A stretch of DNA of 59,586 nt from Deferrisomatales bacterium. Lineage in GTDB: Bacteria > Desulfobacterota > Deferrisomatia > Deferrisomatales > JACRMM01. Location of the stretch: the NCBI GenBank assembly GCA_033551855.1, contig JAWSUI010000020.1, forward strand, positions 1 to 59,586, given 5' to 3'. The notes under the pieces were generated by a model, which was not told where the DNA came from, searched no databases, and was given only the letters and a program-made list of their open reading frames with translations. Within the stretch, counting starts at the first letter, position 1. Each line of letters opens with the position of its first letter. Below are positions 8,946-16,646 of this stretch, one piece after another. The translations under genes and the position numbers were made by a program.

Positions 8946-9509
8946 ATGTCCCACGAGAAACCCACTCCCGAGAAATCCGCAGCCAAGAAGGCTGCTGTTC
9001 TGGGGGCCCGCAAGAAGAGCCGCTGGCCCCTCCTGACCCTCATCGCCGGCGGCGCCGTGCTGCTCGTCGGCGGCGGCGTAGTGCTCCTCGGCCAGGGAGG
9101 CGGCAGCACGGCGCCGGTCGCCGCCGTGCTCACGACGAAGGCCCAGGCCGGAGAGGTGAGCCACCCCGTCGGCGACTTCGACGACGGCCGGGCCCGGTTC
9201 TTCGAGCACCGAGCCGAAGACGGCCTGACGCTGCGCTATTTCGTCCTCAAGAGCTCCGACGGCGTCATTCGCTCGGCCTTCGACGCCTGCGATTCCTGCT
9301 GGCGGGCGGGCAGGGGGTACCGGCAGGACGGGGACGAAATGGTGTGCCAGAAGTGCGGCATGCGGTTTCCGTCGGTCAAGGTGATGGAGGTGAAGGGCGG
9401 CTGCAACCCGGCTCCGCTGCGCAACCAGGTATCGAACGGCCGGGTGGTGATCCGCGTGGACGATCTCCTCTCCGGGCGCGGGTACTTCGACTTCCGGCGG
9501 GAGGGTTGA
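8946..9509 (+). CDS. DUF2318 (FtrD-like) Cys-motif membrane-anchored protein
   Basis: N-terminal TM; AFDACDSC, MVCQKCG and GGCNPAPL motifs. Confidence 0.85.
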   Translation: MSHEKPTPEKSAAKKAAVLGARKKSRWPLLTLIAGGAVLLVGGGVVLLGQGGGSTAPVAAVLTTKAQAGEVSHPVGDFDDGRARFFEHRAEDGLTLRYFVLKSSDGVIRSAFDACDSCWRAGRGYRQDGDEMVCQKCGMRFPSVKVMEVKGGCNPAPLRNQVSNGRVVIRVDDLLSGRGYFDFRREG

Positions 9510-9510
9510 G

Positions 9511-10704
9511 ATGACCCTTCGAGATATCGCGCTCCTCAACCTGCGGCGCCGCCGGGCCAAGGCATCCTTCGTCCTGGCGGGGCTCGTGATCTCGGTGGCG
9601 ACGGTGGTGGGCCTGGTGACCCTCACCCGCGCCATGACCGACGACGTCTACCACAAACTCGACCAGTACGGCGCGAACATCCTCGTGGTGCCCCACACCG
9701 AGAACCTCTCCCTGAACTACGGGGGGCTCTCCTTGGGAGGGGTGGCCTTCGAGGTGGAGGAGATCCGGGAGGAGGAACTGGCGCGCATCCACTCCATCCG
9801 AAACGCCGGCAATCTCGCCGCGGTCGGCCCGGTGGTGCTGGGGGTGGTGCAGGTGCAGGACCACAAGATCCTCCTCGCCGGCATAGACTTCGCCGTGGCC
9901 CACATCTTGAAGCCCTGGTGGCAGATCGAGGGGGAAGCCCCGGCGGAGAACGGGGTGCTCCTGGGGTCCGACGCGGCCCGGCGCCTCGGGGTCGGCGTGG
10001 GGGAGCGGATCGAGGTCGACGGCTGGGACTTCCAGGTCTCCGGCGTGATCCAGGTCACGGGCTCCCAGGACGACCAGATGGTCTTCACCCACCTGGGAAG
10101 CGCCCAGTTCGTGCTGGGCAAGGCGGGCCGGATCTCCATGGCGGAGGTGGCGGCGCTGTGCATGGACTGCCCGGTGGAGGAGATGGTGGTTCAAATCTCC
10201 GAGGTGCTCCCCGGGGCCGACGTCATGGCCATCCAGGCAGTGGTCAAGGGCCGGATGGAGGCCATCGGTCACTTCCAGGCGTTCTCCCTGGGCGTCTCGG
10301 CCCTGGTGGTCCTGGTGGGCGCGCTGGTCGTGCTGGTCACCATGACGGGGAGCGTCCGCGAACGCACCAGCGAGATCGGCATCTTCCGGGCCATCGGCTT
10401 CCGAAAGAGCCACGTGGTGCGCGTGGTCCTCCTGGAGGCGGGCATCGTCTCGGCGTTCGCCGGCGTGGTGGGATACCTGGCGGGCCTGGCGGGGACCCGC
10501 CTCGCGCTGCCCTTCTTCACGGACACCGCGGCCGCCGAGATGCACCACCACGGCGGGCACGCGGCCCTGGGGGGCATTCCCCTCGACCCGGCGCTGGCGG
10601 TGGCGGCGGTGGGGTTCTCGGTCCTCCTGGGCCTCCTTGCGAGCGCCTACCCGGCACTCCTGGCCGCCCGGATGGACCCCAACGAGGCGCTGCGGGCGCT
10701 CTAA
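9511..10704 (+). CDS. ABC transporter permease, FtsX/MacB family
   Basis: LNLRRRRAK start, large periplasmic domain, SVRERTSEIGIFRAIG, terminal AARMDPNEALR; contains CMDC and MHHH. Confidence 0.92.
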   Translation: MTLRDIALLNLRRRRAKASFVLAGLVISVATVVGLVTLTRAMTDDVYHKLDQYGANILVVPHTENLSLNYGGLSLGGVAFEVEEIREEELARIHSIRNAGNLAAVGPVVLGVVQVQDHKILLAGIDFAVAHILKPWWQIEGEAPAENGVLLGSDAARRLGVGVGERIEVDGWDFQVSGVIQVTGSQDDQMVFTHLGSAQFVLGKAGRISMAEVAALCMDCPVEEMVVQISEVLPGADVMAIQAVVKGRMEAIGHFQAFSLGVSALVVLVGALVVLVTMTGSVRERTSEIGIFRAIGFRKSHVVRVVLLEAGIVSAFAGVVGYLAGLAGTRLALPFFTDTAAAEMHHHGGHAALGGIPLDPALAVAAVGFSVLLGLLASAYPALLAARMDPNEALRAL

Positions 10705-10708
10705 CCTT

Positions 10709-10744
10709 GTCGGACGAGTCGGACGCGTCTGACCGGTCCGACCG
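10709..10744. repeat. Four tandem 9-bp GTCNGACNN units (self-complementary)
   Basis: gtcggacga gtcggacgc gtctgaccg gtccgaccg in the intergenic gap. Confidence 0.7.
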
Positions 10745-10757
10745 GAAAGAGGAGAAC

Positions 10758-11462
10758 ATGAGCTACATCGAAGCAACCAACCTGGTGAAGCGGTACGGCG
10801 CCGGAGACGCGGCCGTGTTCGCGGTTCGGGACATGAGCGCCGCCATCGAGGCGGGGGAGTTCGTTGCCGTGATGGGGGAGTCGGGTTCCGGAAAGTCGAC
10901 ACTCCTCTCCATGCTGGGGGCGCTCAACACCCCCACCTCGGGCCGCTGCACGGTGGACGGCATCGACGTCTACGCCCTGGGTCAGGAGCAGCGGGCGGAC
11001 TTTCGCCGCGAGTTCCTGGGGTTCATCTTCCAGAGCTTCCACCTGATCCCCTACCTGACCCTGGCAGAGAACGTGATGCTGCCCCTGGCGGTCGTGAAGG
11101 CGAGCCGCAAGAAGAAGCGGGAGATGGCGTCGGAGGCCCTGGCCCGGGTCGGCCTGGCCGGGAAGGAAGACCGCCTCCCGAGCCAGATCTCCGGGGGGGA
11201 GCAGGAGCGGGTGGCGATCGCCCGGGCGATCGTGAACGAGCCGCCTATCCTGCTGGCCGACGAGCCCACCGGCAATCTGGACTCGAAGACCGGCGCCGCC
11301 GTCATAGCCCTGCTCGAGAAGCTCAACCAGGAGGGGATGACCATCGTCATGGTCACCCACAGCCCCGAGTGCGCCCGCCACGCCCGGCGGGTGCTGCGGG
11401 TCGCGGACGGGGTGATCGTGGAAGAAGACCGGCTGGTGCGAGAGGCCGGAGCGTCCGCATGA
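10758..11462 (+). CDS. ABC transporter ATP-binding protein (LolD/MacB-like)
   Basis: GESGSGKST, ISGGEQERVAIARA, ILLADEPTGNLD, VTH; GAGGAG RBS. Confidence 0.95.
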   Translation: MSYIEATNLVKRYGAGDAAVFAVRDMSAAIEAGEFVAVMGESGSGKSTLLSMLGALNTPTSGRCTVDGIDVYALGQEQRADFRREFLGFIFQSFHLIPYLTLAENVMLPLAVVKASRKKKREMASEALARVGLAGKEDRLPSQISGGEQERVAIARAIVNEPPILLADEPTGNLDSKTGAAVIALLEKLNQEGMTIVMVTHSPECARHARRVLRVADGVIVEEDRLVREAGASA

Positions 11463-11490
11463 GCGGCCGCCGACGGAAGGGAGGGTGCCC

Positions 11491-11898
11491 ATGAAGTCCC
11501 TGTCGTGGAGCGTGGGGGCACTGGCGATCCTGGCGGTAGCCGTGGGAGCGGGCCTCGCGGTCCGGGGCTTCGCCGGGTCGGGGGCGGCGGAGGAACCCTC
11601 CGGTCCTTCCCAGACCCTCCTGCTGGGAGTGGAGCGGATGACCTGCGGGAGCTGCGAGGCCAGAATTCGCCAAGCACTGGAGGAAAGGCCCGGTGTCACG
11701 GCCGTGGCCGTCGACCTGGCGAGCCGCACCGTAGCGGTGGAGTACGCGGCCGGAACCGCCGACCCCCGGGTGTTGGCGGAGGCCGTGACCCGGGCCGGGT
11801 TCCCCGCCCGTTTCCTCGGGCTCGGGGACGGACCCTTGCCGGTCCGGCCGAAGGCAGCCGCCGGGAAAGGGTGCGCCGGCGGCTGCTGCCCCGGCTGA
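11491..11898 (+). CDS. Exported or membrane-anchored heavy-metal-associated (HMA) domain protein
   Basis: N-terminal hydrophobic segment, MTCGSC motif, C-terminal CAGGCC. Confidence 0.88.
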   Translation: MKSLSWSVGALAILAVAVGAGLAVRGFAGSGAAEEPSGPSQTLLLGVERMTCGSCEARIRQALEERPGVTAVAVDLASRTVAVEYAAGTADPRVLAEAVTRAGFPARFLGLGDGPLPVRPKAAAGKGCAGGCCPG

Positions 11899-11901
11899 GG
11901 A

Positions 11902-11941
11902 GGTGAAGAAAATTCACCAACCGGCTGTGGAGTATTCGACA
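11902..11941. promoter_or_regulatory. Tandem palindromic putative enhancer sites
   Basis: GGTGAA-N5-TTCACC (11902-11918) and TGTGGAGTATTCGACA (11926-11941); the latter matches the reverse complement of the 522-537 site at 13/16 positions. Confidence 0.55.
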
Positions 11942-12002
11942 GCAAGACGCGCCCGGCGATTTCTGACTCCGGAATCGACCGGCAGGCAGGCGTTTCGACT
12001 CC

Positions 12003-12018
12003 GGGCACGACCCTTGCT
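12003..12018 (+). promoter_or_regulatory. Sigma54 (-24/-12) promoter of the cus-like operon
   Basis: GGGCACGACCCTTGCT closely matches TGGCACG-N4-TTGCW. Confidence 0.75.
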
Positions 12019-12135
12019 CTTGGGGAGCCGGCCGCCATGGGAAAGGAACCAGGTCTACTGGTATTTCCGGCGGCAGTCGTTACGCTGGCCGGAAGCGGCG
12101 ATCGGAACGGCACCCTCAACGACGGGAGTCACGTG

Positions 12136-13482
12136 ATGAAGCGCTTTTCCCTGACCGCAGCGGTCCTGGGCCTGGTGGTCTCCACGGGAACCGCGGTCCG
12201 GGCGGGCGAGAGCCCGGACCTAGCGGAGCTCGAGGCGAGGATTGGGCGGAGCCCCACCATTTCGGATCTCGTGGCCTACGCCTACGAGACCAACCCCGAG
12301 ATCCGTGCGGCTCGGGCGGGGTGGCGGGCCGTGGTGGAGCAGTACCGGGTCGCCACGGCCTACCCGGACCCACAGCTCATGGTGACCTACTTTCCCAAGC
12401 CCATCGAGACCCGCTTGGGGCCCCAGGACTGGAACGCGACTCTCTCCCAGGGGATCCCGTTCCCGGGAAAGCTGTCCAAGGCAGGAGACCTGGTGCAGGC
12501 GGACGCCCGGATCGCGCGCCTGGAGCTCGACAAAGCCGTCCGGGAGGTGGTCGTGAACATCCGGGAGTCGTACCACGAGCTCCTCTACATCCGGCAGGCC
12601 AAACAGGCCGTGAAGCAGAACGGGGAGCTCCTCGACCATCTGCGGAAATTGGCCGAGACCTCTTATGCACAGGACCGGGCCGCGTTCGTGGACGTGGTGA
12701 AGGCCCAGTCCCAATCGGCACAGCTCCAGTATGACTCCATCCTCCTGGAGGAGCTCGAGGAAACCGAGATCGCCCGACTGAACGCTCTGCTCAATCGTCC
12801 CCCCGCCGAGGGGATCGGACCGGTGCAGCCGGTGACTCTCCCTTCCCTGGCCTACGGGCTCGACGAGATCTACCGTCTCGCCGAGGCCAACCAGGAAGAA
12901 ATCCGGATGGCCGAGACAAGGCTGGAGAAGGCCGTCGACAAGGTCGCCTTGGCCCGCTACCAGAATTTGCCCGACTTCAGGGTGGGGGTCTTCTACGCCG
13001 GCATCGGCGACCCCGACGTCGCCGTGCCCCCCAAGGACGCGGGCCGAGATGCCCTAGGCCTCCAGGCCGGCGTGTCCATCCCCCTTTGGGCGGGGCGCAA
13101 CAAGAGCAGGGTCGCGGGGGCCCGGGCCGAGGTGGAGCGGGCCCGATCGATGAAGGCGATGCGGGTCAACGAGACCCACGCTCAGATCCGAAGCCTCTTC
13201 TTCAGGCTCCGCAACGCGGAACGGCTGGTGCACCTCTATCGGGACAATCTCCTGCCGCAGGCGGCCCAAGCCGTGGAGGTCTCGGAGACCTGGTTCCAGC
13301 AGGGGGAGGGGAGCTTCTCGGATTTCGTGGAGACCCAGGCCGTCTGGTACAACTTCCAGCTCTCGCTGGCCCGTGCCCAGGCGGACTACGGCAGATTCCT
13401 GGCGCGGCTCGAGCGCCTCGCGGGAAGGAGCCTCACCGAGAAGGAAGAAGAGAAACCGACCTCCGGGGAGGAACCAGGATGA
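12136..13482 (+). CDS. TolC-family outer membrane efflux protein (CusC-like) 1
   Basis: Signal peptide; NPEI, PDPQL, SQGIPFPGKL, LPDFRVG, SIPLW motifs. Confidence 0.9.
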   Translation: MKRFSLTAAVLGLVVSTGTAVRAGESPDLAELEARIGRSPTISDLVAYAYETNPEIRAARAGWRAVVEQYRVATAYPDPQLMVTYFPKPIETRLGPQDWNATLSQGIPFPGKLSKAGDLVQADARIARLELDKAVREVVVNIRESYHELLYIRQAKQAVKQNGELLDHLRKLAETSYAQDRAAFVDVVKAQSQSAQLQYDSILLEELEETEIARLNALLNRPPAEGIGPVQPVTLPSLAYGLDEIYRLAEANQEEIRMAETRLEKAVDKVALARYQNLPDFRVGVFYAGIGDPDVAVPPKDAGRDALGLQAGVSIPLWAGRNKSRVAGARAEVERARSMKAMRVNETHAQIRSLFFRLRNAERLVHLYRDNLLPQAAQAVEVSETWFQQGEGSFSDFVETQAVWYNFQLSLARAQADYGRFLARLERLAGRSLTEKEEEKPTSGEEPG

Positions 13483-15032
13483 AGACGACAGGCCTGCTGG
13501 CCCTCCTGTGCACGATGGCGCTGACCGGGCTCCCCGCGATCGCCGGCTACCGGAGCCTGGTGGATTCGCTGGAAACCTACGCACCTCCGCCCCTCTACCA
13601 GACCTATGCTCGGCCGGCCCCGGCCGTCGAGGTCGCGCCACTCGAACCGAACGACTTCCGAGAGCAGGTCCGGCGCCTCCAGGCGGCAAAGGCGGCTTGG
13701 GAGACGGCCCTGGACGCGGCGCCTCCGGAAGGCGCCTTCTTCGCCCCGGATCCCGCACGGTTCGAGGCCCTGAAGCGGGGCACCGAGACGGACGTCGCAG
13801 AAGAGGCGCTGCGGGGCCCCTATTCCCTGGAGACCCTGGAAGTCCTGGCCCTGATCCGAAACCCGGGGGTAAAGGCGGCCGAGCGCACCTTCAGGGGGAC
13901 GTTGGAGCGGTACAACCAGGCGTGGAATCTGGACGAGGTCCTTCGCCAGTACTCGGCGTTCACCGAGGCGCTCATGACCGGGGTCGGGCCCATGGTGGGG
14001 CGGGAGCCGATCGACCTCAAGTTCCCCTTTCCCGGAGTCCTGGCCCTCAAGGGCGAGATCGTGGGCAAAGACATCCAGGTTGCGAAGGCGAATCTGGAGA
14101 TCGCCCGGCGCGCCGCCCTGACCGGGGCGCGAAAGGCCTACTGGAACCTCTCGTTCGTGCACCGCGCCCGGGAGATCACCGGGGAGATGCTGAGCCTCCT
14201 GCAGCATCTGGAGGCGGTCGCAACGTCCCGGTACGAGACCGGCGACACGAGCTTCCAGGACGTGATCAAGGTCCGCATCCAGCGGGAGACCATGGAGGAG
14301 GACCTGGTGACCTTGAGGGAACGGCAGCACACGGCCGAGGCCAAGATTCGCGAGATCCTCAACCTGCCCTTCCCGGGCGCCCTGGGCCGGCCGGAGGAAG
14401 CGGGGCCGTACCGTGAGGTGCCCGAGCTCGAGCCTCTCTACGCGCTCTCCCTGGAGCGCAGGCAGGAGCTTGCGCGGACGCGCGCGATGGTGGGGAAGAT
14501 GGAGCGGATGATCGAGATGGCGGAGACCCGGATGGTCCCGGCCTACAGCCTGAACCTCTCCCTCTATCAGGACGAAGCCGTTACCCAGGTGGGAACATTT
14601 CGCATGAAGGAGCCTTTCCCCGTGACTACGACGGCATCCGTGGGAGCCGGACTCCCCAAGATGCCCTGGTTCGGATCGAGCGACGCCTATCTGAGAGAGA
14701 CCCGCCAGAAGCTGGAAGCCCTGCGGAACGATCTGGACAGAGCCGAGAGCCAGACCCTGTTCGGGGTTCGAGAGGCCTGGTTTCGTCTGGACCAGGCAGC
14801 CCGGGAGGAGGCCCTCTTCGCCCGAAGCATCGTCGACTTGTCCCAGGCGGCCCTCGAGGTCTCCACCCGGGGCTACGAGACCGGAAGGGTGGGGTTTGCC
14901 GACGTGATCTCCTCCTACACCAACTGGCTCAACGCCCACCTCGCGCTGACACGAAAACGATCGGACCTGGGCATAGCCAGGGCCGAGATCGAAGAAGCAG
15001 TGGGCGTGAGCCCCCTCGCAACGAGACCGTAG
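13479..15032 (+). CDS. TolC-family outer membrane efflux protein 2
   Basis: ATGA overlap with the previous gene; signal peptide; KFPFPG, RYETG and GYETG repeats typical of OEP folds. Confidence 0.85.
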   Translation: MKTTGLLALLCTMALTGLPAIAGYRSLVDSLETYAPPPLYQTYARPAPAVEVAPLEPNDFREQVRRLQAAKAAWETALDAAPPEGAFFAPDPARFEALKRGTETDVAEEALRGPYSLETLEVLALIRNPGVKAAERTFRGTLERYNQAWNLDEVLRQYSAFTEALMTGVGPMVGREPIDLKFPFPGVLALKGEIVGKDIQVAKANLEIARRAALTGARKAYWNLSFVHRAREITGEMLSLLQHLEAVATSRYETGDTSFQDVIKVRIQRETMEEDLVTLRERQHTAEAKIREILNLPFPGALGRPEEAGPYREVPELEPLYALSLERRQELARTRAMVGKMERMIEMAETRMVPAYSLNLSLYQDEAVTQVGTFRMKEPFPVTTTASVGAGLPKMPWFGSSDAYLRETRQKLEALRNDLDRAESQTLFGVREAWFRLDQAAREEALFARSIVDLSQAALEVSTRGYETGRVGFADVISSYTNWLNAHLALTRKRSDLGIARAEIEEAVGVSPLATRP

Positions 15033-15053
15033 AGCGGGGCAACCCCGCTCTAC
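15029..15053. repeat. Perfect GTAG-initiated hairpin (REP-like) overlapping the TolC-2 stop codon
   Basis: GTAGAGCGGGG-CAA-CCCCGCTCTAC, 11-bp stem. Confidence 0.7.
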
Positions 15054-15081
15054 CGACAGCGTACGTTCGGGAGCCTTGAAC

Positions 15082-16545
15082 ATGGCCGAAGAGAAACTTG
15101 AAAAGAAGCCGGCTTCCCCCGTCAAGGTCGCGGCGGTGAGCGCCTTGCTCACCCTGGCCGCGGCCGCCGGGGCAGGCTACTGGCTGGGCTACTTCAGCCC
15201 TCACCCGAGTGTTGAAGGGGTGTCAGAGGGGATCCCGGAAGGAGCGGTCGCAGAGGAGGAGACCCTCTACACCTGCGGAATGCACCCCTGGATCGTCTCC
15301 GACACACCCGGCGACTGCCCCATCTGCGGAATGAAGCTCACCCCCATACGGGATCAAGGGGCTGCAGCCGCTCCGGGGGAGCGCAGGATTTTGTACTGGC
15401 GCGCGCCGATGGACCCCATGGAGATCTACGACAGGCCGGGGAAGAGCAAGATGGGCATGGATCTCGTCCCGGTCTACGAGGACGAGCTGGTGGGAGGGGT
15501 GGAGGTCAGGATCGATCCGGTTACCCAGCAGAACATGGGGGTCCGCACCGCCCGGGCAGAAATGGGCCCCCTGGTGCGCAACATCCGGGCCTATGGGCGC
15601 GTCACCTACGACGAGACCCGCACGGCCGAGGTGAGCCCCAAGTTCAGCGGCTGGATCGAGGAGCTCCACGCAGACTTCACCGGCCAGCTCGTCCGGAAAG
15701 ACGAACCCCTCTTCGAGATCTATTCGCCGGAGCTCGTCGCCGCGCAGGAAGAGTACCTGACGGCGCACCGGAACCTGAGCCGAATCGAGGGGCAAGGAGG
15801 CCGGAACCTGCTGGAGTCCGCCCGAAGGAGGCTCTCTCACTTCGACGTGCCCGAGGATGAGATCCGGACCCTCGAGAGGACCGGGGAGGTGCGAAAGACC
15901 CTGAAGATCCGGTCCCCCTTCACCGGGGTCGTCACCCACAAGAACGCGGTGCAGGGGGTATTCATCCGAACAGGGACCACCGTTTACAAGATCGCGGACC
16001 TCTCCAGGGTGTGGGTCGACACCCACATCTACGAGTACGAAATGCCGTGGGTGGAAGTAGGGCAGGAGGCGCACATGACACTCCCCTACCTCCCGGGGAA
16101 GGCATTTCAGGGGAAGGTGAGCTACGTGAACCCCTACCTGCAGCGACAGACCCGAGACGTGGTGGTCCGCTTGGAGTTCGACAACCCGGACCGGATCCTC
16201 AAGCCCGACATGTACGCCGAGGTAAACATCAAGAGCCTTCAGCCCGCTGAGGGGCTACGGATCCCGTCCGAGGCGGTCATCCGCTCCGGGACGCGAGACG
16301 TGGTCTTCGTGACCCGAGGGGACGGCAAGTTCACGCCCCGGGAGGTGAAGCTCGGACTACAGGTGGACGGTGGGAAGGTCCAGGTCCTCTCGGGCGTGGT
16401 CGCGGGGGAGCACGTGGTGACCTCCGGCCAGTTCCTCCTGGACTCCGAGTCCAGGCTCAAGGAGGCGCTGCAGAAGATGATGGAGGCCAGGATGGTCGAA
16501 CCGGAAACCGAGGAGTCGGACGCGGATTTCTTCGAGGACCTGTGA
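15082..16545 (+). CDS. cusB: RND periplasmic adaptor subunit (CusB-like) with heavy-metal-binding domains
   Basis: YTCGMHP..CPICGMKL, YWRAPMDP..GKSKMGMDLVP, IYSPEL..AQEEY, SGQFLLDSE. Confidence 0.93.
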   Translation: MAEEKLEKKPASPVKVAAVSALLTLAAAAGAGYWLGYFSPHPSVEGVSEGIPEGAVAEEETLYTCGMHPWIVSDTPGDCPICGMKLTPIRDQGAAAAPGERRILYWRAPMDPMEIYDRPGKSKMGMDLVPVYEDELVGGVEVRIDPVTQQNMGVRTARAEMGPLVRNIRAYGRVTYDETRTAEVSPKFSGWIEELHADFTGQLVRKDEPLFEIYSPELVAAQEEYLTAHRNLSRIEGQGGRNLLESARRRLSHFDVPEDEIRTLERTGEVRKTLKIRSPFTGVVTHKNAVQGVFIRTGTTVYKIADLSRVWVDTHIYEYEMPWVEVGQEAHMTLPYLPGKAFQGKVSYVNPYLQRQTRDVVVRLEFDNPDRILKPDMYAEVNIKSLQPAEGLRIPSEAVIRSGTRDVVFVTRGDGKFTPREVKLGLQVDGGKVQVLSGVVAGEHVVTSGQFLLDSESRLKEALQKMMEARMVEPETEESDADFFEDL

Positions 16546-16646
16546 ACCGCCCGGCCGGCGGCCCCTGGCCGTTGGTCGAGCGATCCCTCAGGAGTCCCGG
16601 GTTTCCGGTGGGGCACCGATAGCCAGCAACCAAAGGCCGACAGCCA

